Positions 63,576-64,000 of a stretch of DNA of 64,000 nt are shown in pieces. Origin of the DNA: Vicinamibacterales bacterium (lineage in GTDB: Bacteria > Acidobacteriota > Vicinamibacteria > Vicinamibacterales > UBA2999); assembly GCA_036004405.1 (NCBI GenBank), contig DASYRM010000061.1, positions 1,053-65,052 on the forward strand, in the 5' to 3' direction. The notes beneath the pieces are model-generated. The model was not told where the DNA came from. It saw only the letters and a program-made list of their open reading frames with translations, and ran no database searches. Every line of letters starts with the position of its first letter. Positions within the stretch are counted from its first letter, which is position 1. The position numbers and the translations under genes are program-made.

Positions 63576-64000
63576 AGCCCGACCTCGGCGAGCACGCGGT
63601 CCCAGCCGCCAATTGCGAAGGCGATGTAGCAGAGAGTGAGCCCCCAGAGCACCGCCTGATGGACGACGGTGACGAGATCCGCACGCCGCGATCGCAGCAC
63701 GCGGCGCGCGAAGGCTCGCATCAACAGGGCGGTCCACGCCATCGGGATCAGGGCCGCCGCCATGACGACGTTGTCGCTCACCCGCCGTCCCACGAGCACG
63801 AAGTAGAGCGGCGGCAGCAGAAACCACAGCGACCACGGCACGTGCGCCTGGAACCAGAGCTCGAACGCGCGCAGACCGGTCACGATGCGCGCGCGCGCCG
63901 GCAGAATGACCACCGCCGCGGCCAGCGCCTGGATCAGGAGCACGAAGCTCCACGACGCGGCAATGGTTGCGACCAGCTCGACCGACACGCGGCTGGCCGC
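63572..64000 (-). CDS. Membrane hypothetical protein, 5' end off window
   Basis: Hydrophobic segments, H.PWSLW motif; GTGA overlap with the PHP gene. Confidence 0.65.
   Translation of the reverse strand, partial: AASRVSVELVATIAASWSFVLLIQALAAAVVILPARARIVTGLRAFELWFQAHVPWSLWFLLPPLYFVLVGRRVSDNVVMAAALIPMAWTALLMRAFARRVLRSRRADLVTVVHQAVLWGLTLCYIAFAIGGWDRVLAEVGL

Noticed and set aside
1-64000. tRNA/rRNA, IS transposases, integrases, prophage or defence genes
   Set aside because: None recognised; intergenic gaps are short and explained by promoters, terminators and repeats

Overview
A GC-rich, gene-dense bacterial window with about 60 CDS. I found no rRNA, tRNA, CRISPR array or transposase. The gene repertoire (several PQQ dehydrogenases, DUF6152/DUF6644-type proteins, carboxypeptidase-regulatory, PEGA and FG-GAP surface proteins, ECF sigma + Ser/Thr kinase pairs) suggests Acidobacteriota, probably Vicinamibacterales-like; this is inference, not a database result. 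Housekeeping-type genes are hisC, ftsH and a cobalamin-independent methionine synthase II-like gene. Most notable: (1) an ECF sigma / polytopic-membrane Ser/Thr kinase / small helical Cys-ending protein operon (30386-34150); (2) a periplasmic PQQ dehydrogenase-cytochrome c operon ending in an uncharacterised DUF6152-like pair, with a paralogue and a DUF6644-like pair elsewhere; (3) a twice-repeated two-hairpin intergenic element with a compensatory base change; (4) many leaderless and bidirectional -10 promoter candidates; (5) a putative sigma54-driven small OB-fold protein + matrixin pair; (6) a putative sigma28-driven EAL protein with a membrane anchor and external domain; (7) a frameshifted ECF sigma; (8) GTAG-type REPs and 9-bp tandem repeats entering gene 5' ends. 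All family assignments come from recognising motifs by eye; no searches were run.
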